From Longivirga aurantiaca (GTDB taxonomy: Bacteria > Actinomycetota > Actinomycetes > S36-B12 > CAIYMF01), in contig NZ_JBHSTI010000008.1 of NCBI RefSeq assembly GCF_042660085.1, positions 1,179,876 to 1,211,875 on the forward strand: a DNA stretch of 32,000 bases, given 5' to 3'. This document shows positions 9,736 to 17,380 of the stretch, one piece after another. The translations under genes and the position numbers were made by a program. The notes under the pieces are model-generated. The model saw nothing but the letters and a program-made list of their open reading frames with translations, ran no database searches and was not told where the DNA came from. Each line of letters begins with the position of its first letter. The stretch's first letter is position 1.

Positions 9736-11229
9736 ATGGGAGAGGTCCGGTTCTTCCGTGCCGTGCAGGGCGGACGCGACTGGGTGTTCGCGTACCTGGA
9801 CGGCCCTGACGCCGTGTGGGGGATGGACCGCCTCTCCGGCGAGGAGTGGTGGTACGAGCCGTCGGTCACCGGCTGGCTCGCCCCGATGATCCGGTCGCGC
9901 CTCGCGAGCGGCGTCCCGATCCCCGAGATGGGCACCCCCGGCACGGGTGCCGCGGCCTCCGTCCCCGCCGTCGCCCAGCGCTACGACCTGGCCCTGCACG
10001 AGCCGGGCCACACCGTGCTCGCGGCGTTCCATGCACGCCTCGTGGCCACGGGGGGAGTCTCCCCGGGCGCCGGGATGCCCGACGAGCTCACCACCCTGGC
10101 CCGGTCGTACGTCGGCGAGCTCGAGGTCTCGAGCGCGCTCGACCGGCTCGGCAGCCGCTGGCGCGTGCTGCACTCCGTGCCCGCGAATGCCGCAGGCACC
10201 GGCGTCGACCACGTGGTCATCGGGCCAGCGGGCGTCTTCACGGTCCTCAGCCGCAACCACCGCGGCACCATCGTCAACGTCGCCGGCGACACCGTCGTGG
10301 CGGACGGTCGCCAGCAGTCGTACGTGCCCGACGCCCGGCACGGCGCCCAGCAGGCGCAGGAGGCGTTGTCGGCGTACCCCGACCTCGCGATGTCGGTGTT
10401 CCCGACGATCGTCGTGGTCGGCGCCCGGCTCTCGGTGTCGCACCCGCCCGACTTCGTCTCGGTGGTCGAGGCCACCACGCTCGTCGACTGGCTCGAGTCG
10501 CTCCCGCCGCGGCTGCACCAGACCCAGGTCGTCGTCGGCTACGACGCGCTGCGCTGGTCGGACGCCTGGACCACCATCGCGCCGCACGCACCCGCCCCGG
10601 ACACCAGGCGCGCCCTGGCGCTCGAGCGTGGGCTGGGGCTGCGCCCGGTGCCCACGACCGCTGCCGTGGCCGCGCCGCCCCCGGTGGCCGAGGTGTCGGC
10701 GTCCACCCCCATCCCCGCGCCCATCGCGTCGCCGCACGAGCCCGAGGCCGCGCAGGAGTCGAGCGCGCAGCCGGCGGCGCGCAGCCGCGCTGTCACCGGT
10801 CCCTCCGGCGGACGCCGGTCGCGCCCCGAGCGCTCCGCACGCGGGGGCTCCGGCTCGCGCGGTCGCACCATCGCCGCGGTCGTCGCGTCGGTCATGCTGG
10901 TGCTGCTCGTCGCGCCCAGCATCGTGACGGGCGTGCAGCGGGCGATGTCCGAGCCGACGGCGTCCGCGAGCCAGACGCCTCGGCCCGTGTCGACGGTCGA
11001 GCCCGAGATCGGCGGCCCTTGCGCACCGCCCGACGAGGCGGTGTCCGGCACGGGGGAGACGCTCGCCTGCAACCAGGGCACCGGCACCTGGGCGCTGCGC
11101 GGCGTGACCGCCACGCTCGACGAGCCGTGCACCAAGGTCGACGAGCTCGGCTGGTCGACGACCAAGAACAAGCCGCTCGTCTGCGCCAAGGACGGCGCCG
11201 ACCTCGTGTGGCAGGTCCGCACGGGCTGA
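9736..11229 (+). CDS. NERD-like nuclease-related domain protein with C-terminal transmembrane segment
   Basis: 497 aa. The central part (LDRLGSRWRVLHSVPANAAGTGVDHVVIGPAGVFTVLSRNHRGTIVN...) resembles NERD domains. Low-complexity Ala/Pro/Arg linker, then TM IAAVVASVMLVLLVAPSIVTGV. RBS-like GAAAGGAC upstream. Confidence 0.75.
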   Translation: MGEVRFFRAVQGGRDWVFAYLDGPDAVWGMDRLSGEEWWYEPSVTGWLAPMIRSRLASGVPIPEMGTPGTGAAASVPAVAQRYDLALHEPGHTVLAAFHARLVATGGVSPGAGMPDELTTLARSYVGELEVSSALDRLGSRWRVLHSVPANAAGTGVDHVVIGPAGVFTVLSRNHRGTIVNVAGDTVVADGRQQSYVPDARHGAQQAQEALSAYPDLAMSVFPTIVVVGARLSVSHPPDFVSVVEATTLVDWLESLPPRLHQTQVVVGYDALRWSDAWTTIAPHAPAPDTRRALALERGLGLRPVPTTAAVAAPPPVAEVSASTPIPAPIASPHEPEAAQESSAQPAARSRAVTGPSGGRRSRPERSARGGSGSRGRTIAAVVASVMLVLLVAPSIVTGVQRAMSEPTASASQTPRPVSTVEPEIGGPCAPPDEAVSGTGETLACNQGTGTWALRGVTATLDEPCTKVDELGWSTTKNKPLVCAKDGADLVWQVRTG

Positions 11230-11305
11230 CCCGTCGATCAGGAAATGTCGCGCCGCGAGCGTCGTTCGCACGCGAACGGGCGGTGCGGCGGAGCAAGATG
11301 ACGGC

Positions 11306-13024
11306 GTGACGACGACGTCCGCACCCCAGCCCCTGCCCTCCGACCTCGACATCGCCCGCGCCGCGCAGCTGCGGCCGCTGGAGGAGGTGGCGGCGGGCAC
11401 CGGTCTGCGGCCCGACCACCTCGAGCCGTACGGCCGCAGCGTCGCCAAGATCTCGCTCGCCGCGGCGCGCGACCTCGCCGACCGGCCGCAGGCCACGTAC
11501 GTGCTCGTCACGGCGATCACGCCGACGCCTCTGGGGGAGGGCAAGACCACGACGGCCGTCGGTCTCACCCAGGGTCTCGTCGCACGGGGGTACCGCGCCA
11601 CGGTGGCGCTGCGGCAGCCGAGCATGGGGCCGACGTTCGGCATCAAGGGCGGCGCCGCCGGAGGCGGCTACAGCCAGGTCGTGCCGATGGAGACGATGAA
11701 CCTCCACCTCACCGGCGACTTCCACGCGGTGACGGCAGCGCACAACCTGCTCGCCGCGATGGTCGACAACCACCTGCACCACGGCAACGAGCTCGGCATC
11801 GACCCGCACAGCGTCGCGTGGCGACGGGTGCTCGACGTCAACGACCGCGCGCTGCGCAACGTCGTGGTCGGCCTGGGTGCGCGGATGGACGGCGTACCGA
11901 GGCAGGGCGGGTTCGACATCACCGCGGCCAGCGAGGTCATGGTGATCCTCAGCCTCGCCACCGACCTCTCCGACCTGCGGGCCCGCCTCGGCCGCATCGT
12001 CGTCGCCTACTCCTTCGAGGGCGAGCCGATCACCGCCGAGCAGCTCAAGGCCGCCGGCTCGATGGCCGTGATCCTGAAGGACGCGCTCGCGCCCAACCTG
12101 CTCCAGACGCTCGAGGGTGGTCCTGCGCTCGTACACACCGGTCCGTTCGGCAACATCGCGACCGGCAACTCCAGCGTGATCGCCGACCTCATCGGCTCGA
12201 GGATGGGCGACTACCTCGTGACCGAGGCCGGCTTCGGCTCGGACATGGGTGCCGAGCGGTTCTTCGACGTGAAGTGCCGCGTGAGCGGGCTGCGCCCGGA
12301 CGTCGCCGTCCTGGTGGCGACGGTCCGTGCCCTCAAGGCGCACAGCGGGCGCTTCACCGTGACGCCCGGGAAGCCGCTGCCGCCGGAGATGCTGGCGGAG
12401 AACCCGGACGACGTCCGCGCGGGCGCTGCCAACCTCGCCCACCACATCGAGATCCTGCGCTCGTTCGGCGTCTCGCCGGTCGTGGCGATGAACGCGTTCC
12501 CGGGCGACCACGACTCCGAGCACGACGTCGTGCGCGAGATCGCCGAGGCTGCGGGCGCGCGCTTCGCCATCTCGCGGCACGTCGCCTTCGGCGGCAAGGG
12601 GGCGATGCCGCTGGTCGAGGCCGTGGAGGAGGCCGCGGCCGAGCCGACCGACTTCCGCTACGCCTACGACCTCGACGAGTCGCTCGTCGACAAGATCACC
12701 GACGTCGCGCGCGACGTGTACGGGGCCACGGGCATCGACCTCAGCCCGGCGGCGAAGAGGGGCTTGGAGCAGTTCGAGGCCCTGGGGTACGGCGAGTTCC
12801 CGGTGATCATCGCCAAGACGCACCTGTCGATCTCGTCCGACCCGACGCTGCTCGGGGCGCCGCGCGGCTGGCGGATGCCGGTGCGCGAGGTGCGCGTCGC
12901 TGCCGGCGCCGGCTACGTCTACGCGATCGCCGGCGACATGCGCACGATGCCGGGCCTCGCCAAGCATCCGGCGGCCGAGCGCATCGACCTCGACGCCGAC
13001 GGCAACATCACCGGCCTCTCCTAG
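11306..13024 (+). CDS. fhs: formate--tetrahydrofolate ligase
   Basis: 572 aa; TPTPLGEGKTTTAVGLTQGL, RQPSMGPTFGIKGGAAGGGYSQVVPMETMNLHLTGDFHAVTAAHNLLAAMVDNHLHHGNELGID. Confidence 0.97.
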   Translation: MTTTSAPQPLPSDLDIARAAQLRPLEEVAAGTGLRPDHLEPYGRSVAKISLAAARDLADRPQATYVLVTAITPTPLGEGKTTTAVGLTQGLVARGYRATVALRQPSMGPTFGIKGGAAGGGYSQVVPMETMNLHLTGDFHAVTAAHNLLAAMVDNHLHHGNELGIDPHSVAWRRVLDVNDRALRNVVVGLGARMDGVPRQGGFDITAASEVMVILSLATDLSDLRARLGRIVVAYSFEGEPITAEQLKAAGSMAVILKDALAPNLLQTLEGGPALVHTGPFGNIATGNSSVIADLIGSRMGDYLVTEAGFGSDMGAERFFDVKCRVSGLRPDVAVLVATVRALKAHSGRFTVTPGKPLPPEMLAENPDDVRAGAANLAHHIEILRSFGVSPVVAMNAFPGDHDSEHDVVREIAEAAGARFAISRHVAFGGKGAMPLVEAVEEAAAEPTDFRYAYDLDESLVDKITDVARDVYGATGIDLSPAAKRGLEQFEALGYGEFPVIIAKTHLSISSDPTLLGAPRGWRMPVREVRVAAGAGYVYAIAGDMRTMPGLAKHPAAERIDLDADGNITGLS

Positions 13025-13051
13025 CCCACCCCCTCGCTCACCCTGGCCAAT

Positions 13052-13080
13052 CCGTCGATTCCCGGCCCGGGAAGCGACGG
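13052..13080. terminator. inverted repeat between convergent genes (possible bidirectional terminator)
   Basis: CCGTCG-A-TTCCCG-gcc-CGGGAA-G-CGACGG: 12 bp of pairing interrupted by one mismatch, just after the fhs stop. Confidence 0.5.
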
Positions 13081-13102
13081 ATCGATCAGGGTGACGGGTG
13101 GG

Positions 13103-13384
13103 TCAGCCGCCGGCGACGCTCGGGAGGATCCACACCTCGGCGCCGTCGACGAGCGGCGTCGCCTGGCCGTCGAGATGGCGGACGTCGTCGTCGCCGACGT
13201 ACACGTTGACGAAGCGGCGCAGGTCGCCCTGCTCGTCGCGGACGCGGCGCTCGAGCGCGGGGTGCGAGGCCGCGAGCGCGTCGAACAGCGCGCGCACCGA
13301 GGCAGGCGCCGGGTCGACGTCGAGCACCCGCTGACCGCCGACGACGTCGGCGAGCACCGTGGGCAGGCGCAGCGTGACGCCCAC
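13103..13384 (-). CDS. MoaD/ThiS family ubiquitin-like protein
   Basis: 93 aa; MGVTLRLPTVLADVVGG...VRALFDALAASHPALERRVRDEQGDLRRFVNVYVGDDDVRHLDGQATPLVDGAEVWILPSVAGG, with C-terminal GG. GTG start directly abuts the upstream TGA. Confidence 0.8.
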   Translation of the reverse strand: MGVTLRLPTVLADVVGGQRVLDVDPAPASVRALFDALAASHPALERRVRDEQGDLRRFVNVYVGDDDVRHLDGQATPLVDGAEVWILPSVAGG

Positions 13385-14461
13385 TCACACCTCCGCGGCG
13401 CGCACGGACAGGACGTCGGGCAGGTGCTCGGCCACGAGCGAGTACGTGTCGCCCTCGTCGGTGCTGGCGTACACGCAGCCGTCCCGCGTGCCGAGGTAGA
13501 CGCCGGTGGGCTCGGCCAGGTCGACGCACGCGGCGTCGCGCAGCACGACCGTCCACGCGTCGTCGGGCAGGCCCGGGCCGAGCTCGGTCCAGCTGCCGCC
13601 GCCGTCACGCGTGCGGTGCACGCGCATGCGCCCGCCCACCGGGAAGCGCTCGCCGTCGGCGACGAGCGGCATGACCCAGGCGGTGCCGGGTGCGCGCGGC
13701 GAGGCGAGGACGAAGAAGCCGAAGTCGCTCGGCAGGCCGTCGGCGATCGACCGCCACGACAGGCCGCCGTCGTCGGTGCGGTAGACGCCGTGGTGGTTCT
13801 GCGCGTACATGACGGACGGGCCCGCGGCGTCGACGGCGACCTTGTGCACGCACTGGCCGAACTCCGGATACGGGTCGGGCAGGAACGTCACGTGGATGCC
13901 CTTGTTGCGCGGCGTCCAGCCCGTGGCGCCGTCGTCGGACACGTAGACGCCGCCGGTGCTCATCGCGACGGTGACGCGGTCGGACGACGGGTCGGGGACG
14001 ATCGTGTGCACAGCGGCACCGCCGAAGCCCGGCGCCCACTGCGGGCGGTGCGGGTGGTCCCACAGGTCGCGGACGAGCGAGAACGCCTCGCCGCCATCGT
14101 CGCTGCGCCACAGCGACGTCGGCTCGCACCCCGCCCACACGACGCCGGGCCTATCGGCGGTGTCGGGCTGGATCTGCCACACGCGACCCAGAGCGGTCCC
14201 GGTGTCGTCGGGGAACGAGATGGCGCGGTTCTCGGTCTCGTGCCAGGTGGCACCGAGGTCGTCCGACCACGCGATGGTGGGGCCCCAGTGCCACGACATC
14301 ACGCCGGCGAGGATGCGGGGACGGTCGCCGCGGGTGTCGACCGCGACCGACGCGACCTCCTGCATGGCGAAGTGCGGACCGTCGGCGGTCCACGTGCGGC
14401 GGTCCTCGGACCTCAGCAGCCAGAGCCCCTTACGGGTCCCGACGGCGACGACGTGCGTCAT
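13385..14461 (-). CDS. BNR/sialidase-like beta-propeller protein (exo-alpha-sialidase-like)
   Basis: 358 aa with repeated Asp-box-like motifs: SDDLGATWHETEN, RSDDGGEAFSLV, SDDGATGWTPRN, RTDDGGLSWRSI, RTRDGGGSWTEL, STDEGDTYSLV. Confidence 0.85.
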   Translation of the reverse strand: MTHVVAVGTRKGLWLLRSEDRRTWTADGPHFAMQEVASVAVDTRGDRPRILAGVMSWHWGPTIAWSDDLGATWHETENRAISFPDDTGTALGRVWQIQPDTADRPGVVWAGCEPTSLWRSDDGGEAFSLVRDLWDHPHRPQWAPGFGGAAVHTIVPDPSSDRVTVAMSTGGVYVSDDGATGWTPRNKGIHVTFLPDPYPEFGQCVHKVAVDAAGPSVMYAQNHHGVYRTDDGGLSWRSIADGLPSDFGFFVLASPRAPGTAWVMPLVADGERFPVGGRMRVHRTRDGGGSWTELGPGLPDDAWTVVLRDAACVDLAEPTGVYLGTRDGCVYASTDEGDTYSLVAEHLPDVLSVRAAEV

Positions 14462-14519
14462 GGCGATCCCTCCCTGAGAGCGAGGGTCACGACGCTAGAC
14501 CGACCCGCCGACAACGGAA

Positions 14520-14547
14520 ACCCCCCAGCCCCGGGCGAAAGGGGGGT
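14520..14547 (-). terminator. Rho-independent terminator of the amidohydrolase gene
   Basis: Minus strand reads ACCCCCC...GGGGGGT followed by TT, immediately at the amidohydrolase stop codon. Confidence 0.6.
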
Positions 14548-16181
14548 CAGCGCAGGGTGTCGTGGACGACGCGGCCGTTGGCGACGGTGAGCTCGACCTT
14601 CGCGTCGCCGATCGGCCCCGCGTCGAGGGCGAACAGGTCGCGGTCGATCACCACGAGATCGGCGCGCTTGCCCACCTCGAGCGTGCCCGCGTCGGCCTCG
14701 TCGTGGTTGACGTACGCCGACCCGCTGGTGAAGCCCGCGAGGGCCTCCGCGAGCGAGATCGCCTGGTGCGGCAGGAAGGGTGCGACCGAGCGGTCCTCGG
14801 TGCCCACGCGGGTGACCGCGACCTCCATCTGCTGGAGGGGGTCGGCGGTCGACACGGGCCAGTCCGAGCCCATCGCGAGGACGGCGCCGCTGCGTGCGAG
14901 GTCGCCGAAGGGGTACATCTGGTCGACCCGGTCCTGGCCGAGGAACGGCACCGTGAGCTCGTCCATCTGCGCGTCGCTCTGAGCCCACAGCGTCTGGCAG
15001 TTCGCGACGGCGTCGAGCGCACGGAAGCGCGGCAGGTCGTCGGGGTGCACGACCTGCACGTGGGCCAGGTGGTGGCGCAGGTCGTGCCGGCCGTGCACCG
15101 CGATCGCGTGCTCGATGGCGTCGAGGGCGAGGCGCACCGCGCGGTCTCCGATCGTGTGCAGGTGCACCTGGAACCCGAGGCCGGTGAGCTGGTCGAGCGC
15201 GGCGTTCAGCATCTCGGGCTCGATGAACTGCAGGCCCGCGTTGTCGGTGTGCCCCCCGCACCCGTCGCAGTACGGCGCGAGCAGCGAGCCCGTGTAGTTC
15301 TCGAGCACGCCGTCGGTCATCATCTTGACCGTCGTCGGGAAGAACCGTCCGCCAGTGCCGCGCTCGCGCTGGGCGACGAGGTCCGCGATCTGCTCGACGC
15401 CGCGGTGGCGGTCCCACCACAGCGCGCCGACGACACGGGCCGTGAGCAGCTCCTCGGCCGCGAGCTCGGCGTACGCCTCGAGCGTCTGGGGCGTCACCCA
15501 CGCGTCCTGCCACCCGGTGATGCCGAGCGAGTGCAGGTACTCCTGCGCGCCCCGGATCGCGGCCTTCCACTCGTCCTTGTCGGGCTTGGGCACCCAGCGC
15601 TCCTCGAAGGAGTACGCCGCGCCCTCGTGGAGCATGCCGGTGAGCCGGCCCTCGGAGTCGCGCTCGTAGCGGCCGTCGGACGGGTCGGCGACCGAGTCGT
15701 CGATGCCGGCGATCTCGAGCGCCCTGCTGTTCACCCAGGCGCCGTGGGTGTCCTTGTTGAACAGGAAGACCGGGCGGTCGGGCACGATCGCGTCGAGGTC
15801 GTCCTTGTGCGGGTTGCCGCCGGGGAAGTACTCCATCGCCCAGCCACCGCCGCTGATCCACGGCTGCTCGGGGCGGCTGTCGGCGTACTCCTTGATCTGG
15901 GCGAGGTAGTTCTCGCGGCCGTGCGTGTCGAGCAGGTAGAGGTGCAGGCGGTTGCGCCCTGCGAACGGCGCGTGGATGTGCGAGTCCTGGAATCCGGCGG
16001 TGACGAGCTTGCCCGCCGCGTCGACCACGCGGGTCGTGGGGCCGACGAGCTCATGCATCTGCTCCGCGGTGCCGAGGGCGACGATCCGGTTGCCGCGTAC
16101 GGCGATCCCGCGCGCCCAGCTGCGCACGGCGTCGCCGGTGTAGACGCTGCCGAGGATCACGAGGTCGGCGGGCGTGGTCAT
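14547..16181 (-). CDS. amidohydrolase (YtcJ-like, amidohydrolase 3 family)
   Basis: 544 aa; TPADLVILGSVYTGD, TAGFQDSHIHAPF, HLHTIGDRAVRLALDAIEHA, HLAHVQVVHPDDLPRF, AMGSDWPVSTADPLQQM. Confidence 0.9.
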   Translation of the reverse strand: MTTPADLVILGSVYTGDAVRSWARGIAVRGNRIVALGTAEQMHELVGPTTRVVDAAGKLVTAGFQDSHIHAPFAGRNRLHLYLLDTHGRENYLAQIKEYADSRPEQPWISGGGWAMEYFPGGNPHKDDLDAIVPDRPVFLFNKDTHGAWVNSRALEIAGIDDSVADPSDGRYERDSEGRLTGMLHEGAAYSFEERWVPKPDKDEWKAAIRGAQEYLHSLGITGWQDAWVTPQTLEAYAELAAEELLTARVVGALWWDRHRGVEQIADLVAQRERGTGGRFFPTTVKMMTDGVLENYTGSLLAPYCDGCGGHTDNAGLQFIEPEMLNAALDQLTGLGFQVHLHTIGDRAVRLALDAIEHAIAVHGRHDLRHHLAHVQVVHPDDLPRFRALDAVANCQTLWAQSDAQMDELTVPFLGQDRVDQMYPFGDLARSGAVLAMGSDWPVSTADPLQQMEVAVTRVGTEDRSVAPFLPHQAISLAEALAGFTSGSAYVNHDEADAGTLEVGKRADLVVIDRDLFALDAGPIGDAKVELTVANGRVVHDTLR

Positions 16182-16579
16182 GCGGCTCCTCCACGGACGG
16201 CGGCGGCCCCGGGCCGGGGTCCGCCCATCCTGGGGCAGAGGGGTGTGACCGCGCTCACCAGGGCACCGTCAGAGCCCACCAGGCCAGGTCGAGTGCCGGG
16301 AACCGGGGGCGGTCCCGATGCGTCTGACTTGGGACGACGCTGCTCCGAACGGGCTGCGGGCGCCCCGGATCGTCGAAACGAATTGGGGAATTGTTCAGAT
16401 GTCCCGTAACGTTGTCGATACAGCCGGTGTGATGTTCTGACATTCAGTCACATCACGATTGCTCGATCGAGCAGCACCGGCACCCGCGAGAAGGACGGCT
16501 CGTCCCCGCGGGACACCCCGGATCTGCACGACGCCGCCTCGCGGTGCGCAGACCGGAACGATTGGAAAGAGGTAAGGCC

Positions 16580-16609
16580 ATGGACGACTTCGGTCCCTGG
16601 GACGACTGA
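16580..16609 (+). CDS. 9-codon mini-ORF (MDDFGPWDD) with canonical ribosome-binding site
   Basis: GGAAAGAGGTAAGGCC-ATG GAC GAC TTC GGT CCC TGG GAC GAC TGA. SD-like AAAGAGG lies about 7 nt before the ATG. An upstream in-frame GTG at 16544 would give a 21-aa form. Confidence 0.35.
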   Translation: MDDFGPWDD

Positions 16610-16651
16610 GTCCCCCTGTCGACCCCGACGGGGTCGACCACAGATGTCGCG

Positions 16652-16679
16652 AAGGCCCCCGCAACGATGCGGGGGCCTT
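16652..16679 (+). terminator. strong intrinsic terminator
   Basis: AAGGCCCCCGCA-acga-TGCGGGGGCCTT: perfect 12-bp stem, 4-nt loop, TTT at its end. Confidence 0.85.
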
Positions 16680-16761
16680 TGCCGTGCTGGGGGGGGGTCC
16701 TGGCCGGCTGACGGCCCAGAAGTCTCGCGCCGACCGGCTCGGGCGGTGGAGGGTGGGGCGC

Positions 16762-17334
16762 ATGGCTGAGGAAGAGGCGCTGTCGTTCGCGATCGCCGCC
16801 GACTTCGCCGCGTGGATCTCAGCGCGATCGGGGCCGGACGGCGTCTGGCTCCGCGTGCCGATGAAGGCGTCGGGCCACCCTGGGATCGGCTACGCCGAGG
16901 CGCTGCAGGTGGCGCTGGCGCACGGCTGGATCGACGGGCAGAGGAAGGGCGACGACGGGAGCGGCTACTGGCTGCAGCGCTTCACGCCACGACGTGCGCG
17001 CAGCCGTTGGTCGCAGGTCAACTGCGCGCACGCAGAGAAGCTCATCGCCGAGGGTCGCATGACGCCCGCCGGTCTCGCCGAGGTCGAGGCCGCGAAGGCC
17101 GACGGCCGGTGGGCGGCGGCGTACGCCCCGCAGAGCCGCGCCGAGGTGCCGCCGTCGCTCGCCGCGGCGTTCGACGCCACGCCTGGCGCGCGCGAGGCGT
17201 TCGAGGCGCTCGACAGCCGCAACCGGTTCGCCGTCCTGCACCGGGCGGCGTCCCCGAAGACCGACAGGGGCCGCCTGGCCGCGGCCGAACGCCTCGCCAC
17301 CATGCTCGCCCGAGGCGACAAGCCCTACCCCTGA
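16762..17334 (+). CDS. YdeI/OmpD-associated family protein
   Basis: Start MAEEEALSFAIAADFAAWI; KASGHPGIGYAEALQVALAHGWIDGQRKGDDGSGYWLQRFTPRRARSRWSQVNCAHAEKLIAEGRMTPAGLAEVEAAKADGRW is the diagnostic block of this family. Confidence 0.9.
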   Translation: MAEEEALSFAIAADFAAWISARSGPDGVWLRVPMKASGHPGIGYAEALQVALAHGWIDGQRKGDDGSGYWLQRFTPRRARSRWSQVNCAHAEKLIAEGRMTPAGLAEVEAAKADGRWAAAYAPQSRAEVPPSLAAAFDATPGAREAFEALDSRNRFAVLHRAASPKTDRGRLAAAERLATMLARGDKPYP

Positions 17335-17380
17335 TTCGACGTCGTACGGGGACGGGGCCGCGACCTAGACTGGCGAGGTC

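Larger units (their letters stand above)
16381..16680 (+). ncRNA. candidate structured RNA / small-peptide transcription unit of unknown family
   Basis: Non-coding region of relatively lower GC with successive inverted repeats: GTGATGT..ACATCAC 16429-16456, GCTCGATCGAGC 16461-16472, CCCGCG..CGCGGG 16483-16512, CCGGaTCTGC..GCAGACCGG 16518-16556, GTCGACCCC-gac-GGGGTCGAC 16618-16638. Ends in a strong intrinsic terminator. The 5' end is not determined. Confidence 0.45.

Noticed and set aside
16689-16697. 9-nt poly-G run upstream of the YdeI-like gene (possible phase variation)
   Set aside because: It lies outside the likely CDS (start at 16762) and is a single isolated run in a high-GC genome. 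Worth only a check for assembly error.
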